Source: an uncultured Muribaculaceae bacterium
GTDB lineage: Bacteria; Bacteroidota; Bacteroidia; Bacteroidales; UBA932
Reading direction: 5' to 3'
Length of the DNA stretch: 59,733 bases
NCBI GenBank assembly: GCA_964542575.1
Contig: CAZIUO010000003.1
Location: forward strand, 1 to 59,733
Numbering within the stretch: the first letter of the stretch is position 1; every line of letters begins with the position of its first letter. The position numbers and the translations under genes are program-made. The notes beneath the pieces are model-generated. The model was not told the origin of the DNA, searched no databases, and saw only the letters and a program-made list of their open reading frames with translations. Positions 24,281 to 34,002 of the stretch are shown here, in pieces.

Positions 24281-26020
24281 ATGAATATGAAAAACAGATA
24301 TTTGAACACCCTGTGCGCCATCCTCTGCGGCCTGTTTGCGGCCGCCGGATGCATTGAGGAGACCTTCCCGGCAGACCAGGCCACTCCCGACCAGATGAAC
24401 AGCGCGTCATCGCTGAATTACCTCACGAACGGCCTCCCCGCCTACCTCGTGACCTGGGACACCTACGGCTCAAGCAACAACACCCAGGACTGGGGCTACC
24501 CCTGCCAGATGTATATGCGCGAAGTGATGGGAGAGGATTTCCCCGCCTACGACAACGGCTACAACTACTGGGTATGGCTGGAGAACGCCTCCTCCCTGCG
24601 CTATATGTACTACTACCCCTACTTCTATTACTACTCGTTCATCAAGAACGCCAACAATGTGATAAAGCAGGCCACTCTCGCCGATCCCGAGAGCAGCACG
24701 GCGGCCAAGAACAGCCTGGGCATCGGCCTCGGCTACAGGGCGATGCTCTATATGGAGCTCTCCCGTATGTATGAATACCGGCCCACCGGAGTCGAATCGC
24801 TTGACGCGGAGGCCGAGGACAAGGGCTGCCTGGACATCACCGTGCCCATCGTGACAGAAAACACCACCGTGAAGGAGTACTCCAACAACCCCTGCGCCCC
24901 CTTCTACACGATGTACCGCTTCATAATGGCCGACCTCAACCGCGCCGAGAACTGCTTTGACGGCTACTCTCGCGCCAGCAAGGCCGTTATGGACCAGAGC
25001 GTGATCTACGGCCTCAAGGTGCGGCTGTGGCTGGACATCGCCACCCGCTTCGAGCGCTTCCCCGCTTCGCTGGAGAAGCAGCTTGCAGCAGAAGGGAGCG
25101 GCGACGGCTACGACGACCTCGGCATCAAGACGGCCGCCGACTGCTATGCCAAGGTGATAGAATATGCAGAGAAGCTCACCGGCAACGCCGCCTACTCTCC
25201 TCTCACCCGGGAGGAGTGGACCAACCCCGAGACTGGCTTCAACACCCCCGAGGAATCCTGGATTCTGGGCACCTCCATCACCAGCAAGGAGCAGATAAAC
25301 TACAACTACTGGAACACATTCCTGGGCACTATGGCCTCCGAAGCCGACTGGGGTATGACAATGAAGAGCTACAGCGGCTACCGAATGATAAGCAAGTCGC
25401 TCTACGACAAGATCGGCAGCGGCGACTGGCGCCGCAACAGCTGGGTCGACCCCGCCGACGCCGGCAAGTGGCCCGCCCCGGAGAAATACCGCACCTCGGT
25501 GTCCGAGACCAAGTGGGCGGAAATCCCCGCCTACGCCAACCTCAAGTTCCGCCCGGGCAGCGGCTCGCTGGACAAGCTGGAGACCGGCCTCATCGCCTGC
25601 CAGCCTATGATGCGCATAGAGGAGATTTACTTTGACCTGTTCGAGGCCATCGCCCACAGGGACGGCGCCGGAGCGGCTGCAACCCGTCTGCAGGATTTCA
25701 TCAACACCTGGCGCTACACCGACGGCTCATACAAGTGCAGCGCAAGCGATATGGACTCCTTCATCACCGAACTGATGGTGCAGCGCCGCATAGAGTTCTG
25801 GGGCGAGGGCATCAACTACTTCGACTACAAGCGTCTGGCCCTCTCCGTGACCCGCAACTACGACGGCACCAACTACGGCAGCGACTACTGCCTCAACTCC
25901 TACAAGGGCTATGTGGCCCCCTGGATGAACTATATGATGCCCGAGACCGAGAAGGATATGAACCCCGCCGTGATTATCCCGCCGAACCCTTCCGGCGCGA
26001 TCACCGTGAGCGGCAACTAA
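24281..26020 (+). CDS. SusD/RagB-family lipoprotein
   Basis: 579 aa with lipobox FAAAGC. It has TPR-like SusD composition and starts 9 nt after susC-like. Confidence 0.88.
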   Translation: MNMKNRYLNTLCAILCGLFAAAGCIEETFPADQATPDQMNSASSLNYLTNGLPAYLVTWDTYGSSNNTQDWGYPCQMYMREVMGEDFPAYDNGYNYWVWLENASSLRYMYYYPYFYYYSFIKNANNVIKQATLADPESSTAAKNSLGIGLGYRAMLYMELSRMYEYRPTGVESLDAEAEDKGCLDITVPIVTENTTVKEYSNNPCAPFYTMYRFIMADLNRAENCFDGYSRASKAVMDQSVIYGLKVRLWLDIATRFERFPASLEKQLAAEGSGDGYDDLGIKTAADCYAKVIEYAEKLTGNAAYSPLTREEWTNPETGFNTPEESWILGTSITSKEQINYNYWNTFLGTMASEADWGMTMKSYSGYRMISKSLYDKIGSGDWRRNSWVDPADAGKWPAPEKYRTSVSETKWAEIPAYANLKFRPGSGSLDKLETGLIACQPMMRIEEIYFDLFEAIAHRDGAGAAATRLQDFINTWRYTDGSYKCSASDMDSFITELMVQRRIEFWGEGINYFDYKRLALSVTRNYDGTNYGSDYCLNSYKGYVAPWMNYMMPETEKDMNPAVIIPPNPSGAITVSGN

Positions 26021-26039
26021 TCTATGGGAGAATACAAAA

Positions 26040-27044
26040 ATGAAAAAAATGACTATCGATAAATTCCTTTGCGCGGCCGCAGCGGCGCTCACCCTTGCGG
26101 CAGTCTCCTGCAACAAGAGCGAGAGTTACGCTCCGGGGCCCGAAACCCCCGACGGCTGCATTGCGGCATACTTCACCTCATCCAACGAGTCCAGCATAAT
26201 CCTGAGCCCGGAGCAATATGCCGCCGCAAATGTCATCACCCTCAACGTGGCCCGCGAGGTCTCCGACTCCCAGGTGTCGGTGCCCATCGAGGTCCTCTAC
26301 AAGAGCGGCGAGATTGAAATCCCCGCCGCCGTGGAGTTCCAGGCGGGCGAATCCTCCGCCACCGTGGAAATCAGGCTCAACGGCCTGCAGGAGAAGGTGG
26401 AATACCCCTTCAGCATAAAGCTCGCCGACGAATATGCCGACCACTACACAATGCTGGAGGGCTCGGATGTCTTCACCGGCAGCGTGCTCATCGCCAGATG
26501 GGCAAAGGTTGTGGAGGACGCCACATTCTATTTTAACGGAGAATACTTCCCCACCACCTACTCCGACATCTACCATCTCGACGGCTTCAACCGCTTCTAC
26601 ATAGAGAACTTCCTGGGGAGCGGCATCGACCTGGGCTTCTCCATCAAGAGCTATGACTCCTCCAAAAAGGCCTTCATCCCCTTCTCCGCCACCGACAAGA
26701 CGACCTGGGCGGGCAAGTTCGTGCCGCTGGACCACTTCCTGGACGACCCCAACGGCAACCCCTGGTGGTGGCTGATGAGCGACGTGGTCAATTACGCATA
26801 CGCGTGCTGGAAACCCGACGGATTCAAATACTACATCAACTACATCAACTTCTATGCTGTGGACAACGATATCACCTACGACTGGATAGATATGAACGGC
26901 TCCGCGGATCCCGAGGAGCCGACCGGATACCTGTGCAGCTACACCTACCTCTCGCCCTACGAGAGCCCCGCAGACGACTTTGACGACTACATCTACCCCA
27001 ACTACATATATCTCTATATGTACTGGAACGGAATGGAAAAATAA
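26040..27044 (+). CDS. Surface lipoprotein, unknown function (SusE/F-position)
   Basis: 334 aa with lipobox AAVSCN. It occupies the position of accessory surface-binding proteins in PULs. The N-terminal region is beta-sandwich-like. Confidence 0.65.
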   Translation: MKKMTIDKFLCAAAAALTLAAVSCNKSESYAPGPETPDGCIAAYFTSSNESSIILSPEQYAAANVITLNVAREVSDSQVSVPIEVLYKSGEIEIPAAVEFQAGESSATVEIRLNGLQEKVEYPFSIKLADEYADHYTMLEGSDVFTGSVLIARWAKVVEDATFYFNGEYFPTTYSDIYHLDGFNRFYIENFLGSGIDLGFSIKSYDSSKKAFIPFSATDKTTWAGKFVPLDHFLDDPNGNPWWWLMSDVVNYAYACWKPDGFKYYINYINFYAVDNDITYDWIDMNGSADPEEPTGYLCSYTYLSPYESPADDFDDYIYPNYIYLYMYWNGMEK

Positions 27045-27070
27045 ACAACACCTAAAAAAACAGATCAGAT

Positions 27071-28219
27071 ATGAAAAGATTATTCACAAATGCCCGCAAG
27101 GCGGCCGCAGCGGCTGTCGTTGCATTGCTGGGCACCGCAATCCTGGCTTCCTGCGGTCCCGAGAAGGCGGACCCCGTGAAGCTCGCCACTCCCCAGCCCG
27201 CACTGCTCTCCTCCACCGAGACATCCCTGACATTCTCCTGGGACAAGGTATCTGGTGCAGTGCAGTATTCCTACACTCTCACCGCCTCCGACGGCACAGC
27301 AGTTGACGGCGGCACCACAGCCAACACCAGCATAGAATTCACCGGCCTGGCAAGCAGCGCCGCATACACCTTCTCCCTCACCGCATATCCCGAGGTGGGC
27401 AGCGAGGATTATCTGACATCCGACGCCGCAACCCTCACCGCCAACACCGCCGACATCCCGCCCGTGACCGAGCTCTGGCGCGTGACCGGAACCTTTGACG
27501 ATGGCACAGGCAATACTTGGGACGATGTTCTGATCGCATACAGCGACGGCAGCTACACCATCAAGGACTGGTACAACATCAAGGGCTACGATTTTGAATT
27601 CGTAATCAACGAAGACGGCACCATCGGCCTGACAAACGGCACTGTCAATGAATATGGCAATCCCAGCATAGAGGCCGGCGATGGTATGGTGGACATCTAC
27701 ACCGGCTATTATGAGGGCTACGCTTATTCCGGAATGGAAGGCGACAAGGAGTCGGGCAGCCTCTGGTTCTCCAGCTACCGTACAGATGCAGACTGCACCC
27801 TGACCTGGCCCGCAGTAGAAGTCGTTCCCGTCACAATGGACGAAATTGTAGGCACTTATACCCAGAGCAGCACCGGGTCGGAGGTATTCAACGGCGAGAC
27901 GTGGAATACCTTCGAATCAACAAACGATGTCACCATCGAGAAGGTTGACGACAACACCGTAACCGTTACCGGTCTTATGTACGAAGAAGGTTCAGTCCTG
28001 ACCGCGAAACTTGACACTGAGGCCGCAACCTTGACTTTTGAGCCGCAGTCTTGGCTTGAATATTACACCTTCTGCCTGTACGATGCCCAGGATTCACCTG
28101 TGATTGCCCATATCAGCAACGGCGTGATAAAACTCAACAACTGGACAGCTTTCTATGTGGGTGATGGCTGGACTTACAGCTATATTTATTCGGCAAAAAG
28201 TGTCCTGACCAAGAAATAA
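27071..28219 (+). CDS. Surface lipoprotein with Fn3-like domain
   Basis: 382 aa with lipobox ILASCG. Has an Fn3-like segment (TSLTFSWDKVSGAVQYSYTLTA..YTFSLTAY). The 3' half is visibly more AT-rich than its neighbours. Confidence 0.65.
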   Translation: MKRLFTNARKAAAAAVVALLGTAILASCGPEKADPVKLATPQPALLSSTETSLTFSWDKVSGAVQYSYTLTASDGTAVDGGTTANTSIEFTGLASSAAYTFSLTAYPEVGSEDYLTSDAATLTANTADIPPVTELWRVTGTFDDGTGNTWDDVLIAYSDGSYTIKDWYNIKGYDFEFVINEDGTIGLTNGTVNEYGNPSIEAGDGMVDIYTGYYEGYAYSGMEGDKESGSLWFSSYRTDADCTLTWPAVEVVPVTMDEIVGTYTQSSTGSEVFNGETWNTFESTNDVTIEKVDDNTVTVTGLMYEEGSVLTAKLDTEAATLTFEPQSWLEYYTFCLYDAQDSPVIAHISNGVIKLNNWTAFYVGDGWTYSYIYSAKSVLTKK

Positions 28220-31039
28220 TCAGTTATCCTCTGTATAAACTGTGATGAATCGGCTGCCGGAACATAAACGGCGGCCGATTTCTTTTATATAGGCCGCATC
28301 TATGCTCTCCAGTACAGATGCGTAGTCATAGCCGTAGTCCACGCCGCCGCTCACATAGTTTTCCATCTGATAGCGCTGGGCGATGATGCTCTCCGCGGTC
28401 TGGGCCTCCTGCTCGCCGCGGTGCTTGGCCAGATACTTGACAGCCACGGCCACCTCCTCTTCAGTGGGGCCGCCGCTGCAGAAGCGCTCCATCTCCCGCT
28501 CGACATCCGCCACAAGCAGCTCCTTCATCTCGGGCCGGGTCTGGAACTCAACATACGACTCGGCCGGGCGGTCTTTCTGCCCCGGATACATCTGGGTGTC
28601 GAACTCTATGTGGTAGGTGCCGCCCCTCTTCTCGCGGATGAGGTTGAGATAGCGCATAGAGAGTATGTGGTCCAGAATGTCCACCGCCGCAAAATTGCGC
28701 GCTGTTTTCTCGATGTCGCCGCTGAATATGCAGCAGACGTCGCACAGCGGAGCCGAGGGGGCGGGAGAAGTGCTCCTGCAGAGGATTTCGCGGCCGCTGT
28801 AGGCCTGTGTGCGGGGTTCAATGCCGGAGAGGCTGCCGCCGCGCCCCAGATCGAGCGGGGCCACATAGCGGCACACAAGGCTCTTGACCAGCTCGGGGTC
28901 GGCGTCGCTGCAGATATACAGCGCACCCCGCTTTGCCCCGGAGAATGCGGCAGCATAGAGCCTCTCCACAGATGCCATATCCAGCGCCGCCACGCCGGCG
29001 GAGTCGGCCTCGGCATTCCAGGGATGGCCGCCGCTGTAGAGATTCTGCCGCTCGCGGGAGAACTTCTCTATTTCGCTCACCGGCTTCGAGAGCTGGCGCA
29101 GATGCGCCTCGCGCGACTTCACAAGCTCCGCTTCGCTGCCAAAGCAAGGCTCCAGAATCTGCAGCGCAAGGGCCTCGAAAGCGGCCTCCTCCTTGCCTCT
29201 GAACGCGGTGAGACTGATGCGGGCCTCGCTCTCGCGAATGGCGACGCTGCTGGAGACCCCCGCAAGCTCCGGTTTGGTGCGCAGCGCGGGGCGGTCGCAG
29301 CCACGGAATCCCGCCATACGGCGGATGTAGGCGGCCGCCTCCTTGTCGCGCGCAATGCTGTCGGGGTCAAAGGCGCGGTAGCCGCTCTTGAATGTAAGGT
29401 CCATCGCCAGATGCACGCTGCCCTCCACCGGGGCGCTCTGCCGGTAATAAACCTTGAGGCCGTTGGAGAGCTTCCACATTCGGAGCCCCTCCTTGCCCAG
29501 GCTCTTCTCCGACACGATTCTGCCCTCGGGCATCTGCACCGAGAGGTCCAGGGCGGGGTATTCAATGAAGCGGCTTTCCAGCGGAGCGGCACACACTTGC
29601 GCCACTATGTCGCGCATCCGGTCGTAGCCGGGCACCTCCGATTCCGCGGCAGTGCTGCAGCAGTTGGAATATATGGCGCCGCTCTCGTCAAACATTTTCT
29701 GCGGATATTCCGCAATCGACTCCTCGGTGATGGAGGCTATGGCCTCGCGCTGGATGTCGGCATACTCGCGGGGACCGACCAGCGGCCATCCGCGCAGGAA
29801 GTTGTCCTGGCAGCGCTTCACAATGCGCTCGCTGGTGATGTCCGCATCCGCCATCTCGGAATCGAGACGGGTGCGCTGCAGCACATTGAGCTTGGCCGCC
29901 GCCAGCTCCGAGGGGCTGATGCCGTAGCGCAGCAGGCGCTCCTTCTCGCGCACCACCATCGCCAGGCATTCGCCCAGCAGGCTGTCGCGGCGCGGCATCA
30001 CGGTTATCATTGTTATGTAGTATTCGGGAGAATATTCGCTGGTGACGCACACCGCCGACTGGGCGGGGCAGCCGCTCTGCTTCTGGCACTCCTTGAGGCG
30101 GTCGCCGAGCACGCTGTTCACCACCAGGCGCGAATACATATCCCTGAAGGTCTCCCGCTCGCTGCGCTGCGCGAATTCGGGATAGGGCTGCTTGTAGAGC
30201 ACCTTGAGCGCCTTGTACTTGACCTCGGGGTCGGTCATGTTGCAGTAGAGGGGCTCGGTCTGAGCCGGGGGCATATACGCCTCCTTGGCGGCGGGGTTCA
30301 CCGCCGCGGGAATGTCGGAGAAGATGGCGCGGATGCGGCTTTCCATCTGCTCCACGTCAAAGTCGCCCACCACGATTATCGCCTGCAGGTCGGGGCGGTA
30401 CCACTTGTGGTAAAAATCCAGAATCTCCTCTCTCTTGAAGCCGTTGATGACCTCCAGGGTCCCCACAACGCTGCGCAGGGGCTGCTTGCCCCCCTTGTAG
30501 ATGAGTTCCGTCTGCCGCTGCGACATCCGGTTGCGGGAGTTGTCGAACAGGCGCCACTCCTCGCTTATCACCCCGCGCTCGTCGTCGAGCTCGTCCTGCT
30601 CGCAGGAGATGTCGCAGCTCCAGTCGCGCAGCACCAAGAGCACCGAATCCACAAACGAATCGCGCACCAGCGGCACTTTGGAGATGTTGTACACCGTCTC
30701 ATTGCGAGATGTGTAGGCGTTCACATTGTAGCCGAAGCGCACCCCCTCGCGGGAGAGGAACTCGATTATCCCCTTGTCGGGATAGTGGCGGGTGCCGTTG
30801 AAGGCCATATGCTCCAGAAAGTGGGCGAGGCCGTTCTGGTTGTCCTCCTCCTGCATCGCCCCCACATTGTGCACTATGAAGAATTCCGCGCAGCCGGCGG
30901 GGTTGCCGTTATGGGCTATGTAGTAGGTCAGGCCGTTGGGCAGCTGCCCGCGGGTGATGGATTTGCTGTCGGGGATATGCTGCGCCAGCGCACTGGCGGC
31001 AACGGCCAGCGCGGCCACGGTCGCAAGAATTCTTCTCAT
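28220..31039 (-). CDS. M16-family (pitrilysin/insulinase) zinc protease, fused tandem form, periplasmic
   Basis: 939 aa. Has a signal peptide (MRRILATVAALAVAASALAQ) and the inverted zinc motif HFLEHMAFNGT. Its size matches four-domain single-chain M16 enzymes. It is the last gene of the TBDR operon. Confidence 0.88.
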   Translation of the reverse strand: MRRILATVAALAVAASALAQHIPDSKSITRGQLPNGLTYYIAHNGNPAGCAEFFIVHNVGAMQEEDNQNGLAHFLEHMAFNGTRHYPDKGIIEFLSREGVRFGYNVNAYTSRNETVYNISKVPLVRDSFVDSVLLVLRDWSCDISCEQDELDDERGVISEEWRLFDNSRNRMSQRQTELIYKGGKQPLRSVVGTLEVINGFKREEILDFYHKWYRPDLQAIIVVGDFDVEQMESRIRAIFSDIPAAVNPAAKEAYMPPAQTEPLYCNMTDPEVKYKALKVLYKQPYPEFAQRSERETFRDMYSRLVVNSVLGDRLKECQKQSGCPAQSAVCVTSEYSPEYYITMITVMPRRDSLLGECLAMVVREKERLLRYGISPSELAAAKLNVLQRTRLDSEMADADITSERIVKRCQDNFLRGWPLVGPREYADIQREAIASITEESIAEYPQKMFDESGAIYSNCCSTAAESEVPGYDRMRDIVAQVCAAPLESRFIEYPALDLSVQMPEGRIVSEKSLGKEGLRMWKLSNGLKVYYRQSAPVEGSVHLAMDLTFKSGYRAFDPDSIARDKEAAAYIRRMAGFRGCDRPALRTKPELAGVSSSVAIRESEARISLTAFRGKEEAAFEALALQILEPCFGSEAELVKSREAHLRQLSKPVSEIEKFSRERQNLYSGGHPWNAEADSAGVAALDMASVERLYAAAFSGAKRGALYICSDADPELVKSLVCRYVAPLDLGRGGSLSGIEPRTQAYSGREILCRSTSPAPSAPLCDVCCIFSGDIEKTARNFAAVDILDHILSMRYLNLIREKRGGTYHIEFDTQMYPGQKDRPAESYVEFQTRPEMKELLVADVEREMERFCSGGPTEEEVAVAVKYLAKHRGEQEAQTAESIIAQRYQMENYVSGGVDYGYDYASVLESIDAAYIKEIGRRLCSGSRFITVYTEDN

Positions 31040-31044
31040 ATTTT

Positions 31045-32634
31045 TTAAAGATTTATGCCGACTGCAAGCGTGGCGATGTTGCGCACGCTGCCGTCAAGGT
31101 ATTCAGGCTTGGAGAGGAGTGAAACGAATCTGTCAGATGCTGTCACCTGCAGCGCGCGCCCCTTGGGCAGAAGGCGGGTGTAAGTGAAAGAGAGTGCGGC
31201 GCCTGCGCGGGAGGCGGTCAGATACTCGAACTGACGGTCGAGCCAGTTGTCAAAGCTGAGTATTGTGGTGGAAGTGCCGCCGGAGTAAGAGCCGTCGGTG
31301 GCGCGGTTGCCGCTGCCGCTGTAGAGCAGCAGGGTCGCGCCGGGGGAGAATATGTTCTTGCCCCTGGCCAGGTTCCACTCGCAGAAGGCGCTGGCGGTGA
31401 CGCTGCTGTAGCTGTTGGTGCGGTAGAAGGGGGTCACGGTGGTGCGCTGGTTGCGGGCGGCATATTCCAGAGCGCCCCCCGCCTTGAATTCGGGCTTGTA
31501 GCCGCCAGTCCCCTTGAAGAAGGTGTAGCCTGCCGATGCGGCGAGGTCGGTGCGGCTCAGGGACTGCTTCTGCCCGGTGTAGTTCACCACGGTGTTCTTG
31601 CCCGCCTCGGTGGTGTAGGTAAAGGTGTTCTCGCGGTTGTTCACGGGGGTGTAGCCCAGGTTGAAATCTATCAGGGAGAGCCGCTCGCCGCGCGGCAGCA
31701 GAATCTTCCCCTTGAGGGAGGTCTGCGCGCCGCTCCACTCGTAATAGACGGGGGAGGTGGATGTCTTGCGGCCGTAATAGCCGTTGCGCGCCAGAATTTC
31801 CGCCTCCACAAAGACCCTGGCCGCGCTGCCGCGCCAGTCAATCTGCAGGCCGGCCCCGCAGAAGGTGTTGTTCACGGGGCGGTATTCCTGGGTGGAGACG
31901 ATGCCGCTGTCGCCGCCCAGCCCCTCGCGGGTGCCGAAGAACCAGCCGCGGTCGCGGATTATGAAGTAGGTGCGGTCTGTGTCGCCGTAGAGCCCGCCCA
32001 TAATCTGCTCCACGCTGTTGCGGTAGCGCAGGTTGAATCCGGCATCGAGGCTCTCGCTTGCCGCATAGTCAAGTCCCAGGGAGAGGTCCATATCCTTGAG
32101 GATGTTGGAAAACCGGGGGTCCTTGACCTTGGTCTGGTCGCCGCAGAGGTAGTCCAGGCGTCCGCCGATGGCCAGCTTCCGCGTCAGGGAGTATGCCAGC
32201 GCCCCCTGCATCGCGTAGAGTTCGCGCTTTTTGCTCCCGGCGGTGTCGGAGTTGTCTTCCAGCAGGCCGAAGGGGTTGAAGTCGGGGTCCATCAGCACGG
32301 GCCCGCCCATCTGTTTCCCCTGAAAATTGGAATAGGACAGTCCTCCATAGAAGACTGTCCTTTCCGATAATCTGTTGTAAGTCTGCGCCTGCGCCCCGCC
32401 CGTAAAACTGTCGGCAGAAGAGCCGATGTCCATAAGCCCCCCGTTATCTTTTGTGGCGGAAATGACCGCGGTGGAGAGGCTTTCAACCCCCAGTCGCGTC
32501 AGAAGCGCGGCATTGGCGCTCTGCAAGTGGGGATTCGTCTGCAGCACAAAGCCGCAATCCTGCTGCCCGGCCGCCGGAAGGGCGGCGAGGCAGAGCGCAG
32601 CGGCCGTGCAAAGGAAGTTTCTGGAGCGGAACAT
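31045..32634 (-). CDS. Outer-membrane beta-barrel protein, unknown function (possibly DUF6850-like)
   Basis: 529 aa with a signal peptide and alternating beta-strand pattern rich in Y/G/S/T. It starts 12 nt after the upstream lipoprotein gene and ends 5 nt before the M16 gene. The family name is unverified recollection. Confidence 0.6.
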   Translation of the reverse strand: MFRSRNFLCTAAALCLAALPAAGQQDCGFVLQTNPHLQSANAALLTRLGVESLSTAVISATKDNGGLMDIGSSADSFTGGAQAQTYNRLSERTVFYGGLSYSNFQGKQMGGPVLMDPDFNPFGLLEDNSDTAGSKKRELYAMQGALAYSLTRKLAIGGRLDYLCGDQTKVKDPRFSNILKDMDLSLGLDYAASESLDAGFNLRYRNSVEQIMGGLYGDTDRTYFIIRDRGWFFGTREGLGGDSGIVSTQEYRPVNNTFCGAGLQIDWRGSAARVFVEAEILARNGYYGRKTSTSPVYYEWSGAQTSLKGKILLPRGERLSLIDFNLGYTPVNNRENTFTYTTEAGKNTVVNYTGQKQSLSRTDLAASAGYTFFKGTGGYKPEFKAGGALEYAARNQRTTVTPFYRTNSYSSVTASAFCEWNLARGKNIFSPGATLLLYSGSGNRATDGSYSGGTSTTILSFDNWLDRQFEYLTASRAGAALSFTYTRLLPKGRALQVTASDRFVSLLSKPEYLDGSVRNIATLAVGINL

Positions 32635-32646
32635 ATGGCGTGGTAA

Positions 32647-33981
32647 CTATTTCAGAGAGCTCTGTGCCCTCTGGTGGAAGTCGGTTGCAGTGTTGTTGGT
32701 CTCGGAGTAGATTATGTGCGCACCGGCAGCGATAGAAGCCTCGGCGTCGATGCCGGAGGGGTCAGTGGTGCCGTTCGCGAGATTGGCGGCGCTGCCGGGC
32801 TCGGTGCCCAGGGCATAGTTGTATACCAGCTTGCCCTCATTCTCTGCGAGAGCCTCGGTGGCAGCCTTGTCCACATTGCGGTAGATTGTGTAGCCCAGCT
32901 TGTTGGTCATCATCACATAGCCGCTGTTCACGTCGGAGGAGAATCTGTATTTGGACTCCTCGGGGGTCTTGGCGCCGTTCCACACCTCGACTGCATCCAC
33001 AATGGAGCTCTTGGCCACTTTCACCACATTGAAGGCGGCAGATGTGCCCATAGTGTGGTCAAATGCCTCGGTGTCCAGGCTCATTGCCTCGATGTCGGCC
33101 TTGGAAGCCTTCATCAGGAACACTGCGGGGGAGTTGTTGGAGAGGGCCCAGGCATTGCCCTGCGTAAAGGGAACCGTGGTCATATAGTGGGTTGCGGGAA
33201 TTGCGTCGTCAACCACATATTTCGCATTCTTGAACTGCTCGTTGGCGGTCATCACATAGTAGTCGGGGTTGTTCAGGGCCACGGAAGTCCCCACCGTTTC
33301 GGTGTGGTCTATCGCGCCGAAGACTGCCACGACAATCTGCGAATAGGGGGCAATGGTCACATCGGAAGAGAAAGACCAGATGGCGCCGATTGCGGGCAGC
33401 CAGCTCTCCTGTGCGTAGCTCTGGACGCCGTCAGTGCCATAATACTTGTTGGTGGCGTTGCTGTTGTAGGGAGCCAGCATACCGATTGCTATGTTGGTGG
33501 CGTCGGCCTCCACATCGGAGTTGTTGTAGAGCACGATGTAGGCGTCGTTGGTGTAATGCTTGCCTGCGTCAGTGGTGCAGCCGCCGCTGTAGATCTCCTT
33601 GATGATTATCTGCTGGGATACGACCTTGTTCAGAGCCACGGAAAACTGGTTTGTGGTGGCGTTGAGCACTGCGATGGAGCTGTTGCTGCCGCTGTAGGTG
33701 TAGGCCTCGGCGTCGCCGCTCTGCTTGAACGATGCGCTCGCGGTGTAGTTGTCCGCGGGAACGCTGAACAGAGCCACGCCGCTCGCGTTGGTGAGGGTGT
33801 CATAAACGGTGCCGGAAGCGTCCACCAGGGTGACGGGGACATTCTCCACAGCCATAGGCTCGCCGTCGAGCGCCAGCTGCACTTCAATGTCCACGAGCCT
33901 GATGTCGGGCACGACGTCCTTGCAGGATGCCGCCGCAAAGAGCAGCGCGGCAAAAGAGAAAATTGAAAGAATCTTTTTCAT
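32647..33981 (-). CDS. Lipoprotein, unknown function (possibly DUF4876-like; weak lamin-tail-like motif)
   Basis: 444 aa with lipobox AAASCK. Has an N-terminal Ig/prealbumin-like segment, then IIIKEIYSGGC...AYIVLYNNSD, which resembles lamin-tail-domain motifs. Starts 21 nt after the TBDR gene. Confidence 0.6.
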   Translation of the reverse strand: MKKILSIFSFAALLFAAASCKDVVPDIRLVDIEVQLALDGEPMAVENVPVTLVDASGTVYDTLTNASGVALFSVPADNYTASASFKQSGDAEAYTYSGSNSSIAVLNATTNQFSVALNKVVSQQIIIKEIYSGGCTTDAGKHYTNDAYIVLYNNSDVEADATNIAIGMLAPYNSNATNKYYGTDGVQSYAQESWLPAIGAIWSFSSDVTIAPYSQIVVAVFGAIDHTETVGTSVALNNPDYYVMTANEQFKNAKYVVDDAIPATHYMTTVPFTQGNAWALSNNSPAVFLMKASKADIEAMSLDTEAFDHTMGTSAAFNVVKVAKSSIVDAVEVWNGAKTPEESKYRFSSDVNSGYVMMTNKLGYTIYRNVDKAATEALAENEGKLVYNYALGTEPGSAANLANGTTDPSGIDAEASIAAGAHIIYSETNNTATDFHQRAQSSLK

Positions 33982-34002
33982 AACCTTACTTATTGTTTAT
34001 CA

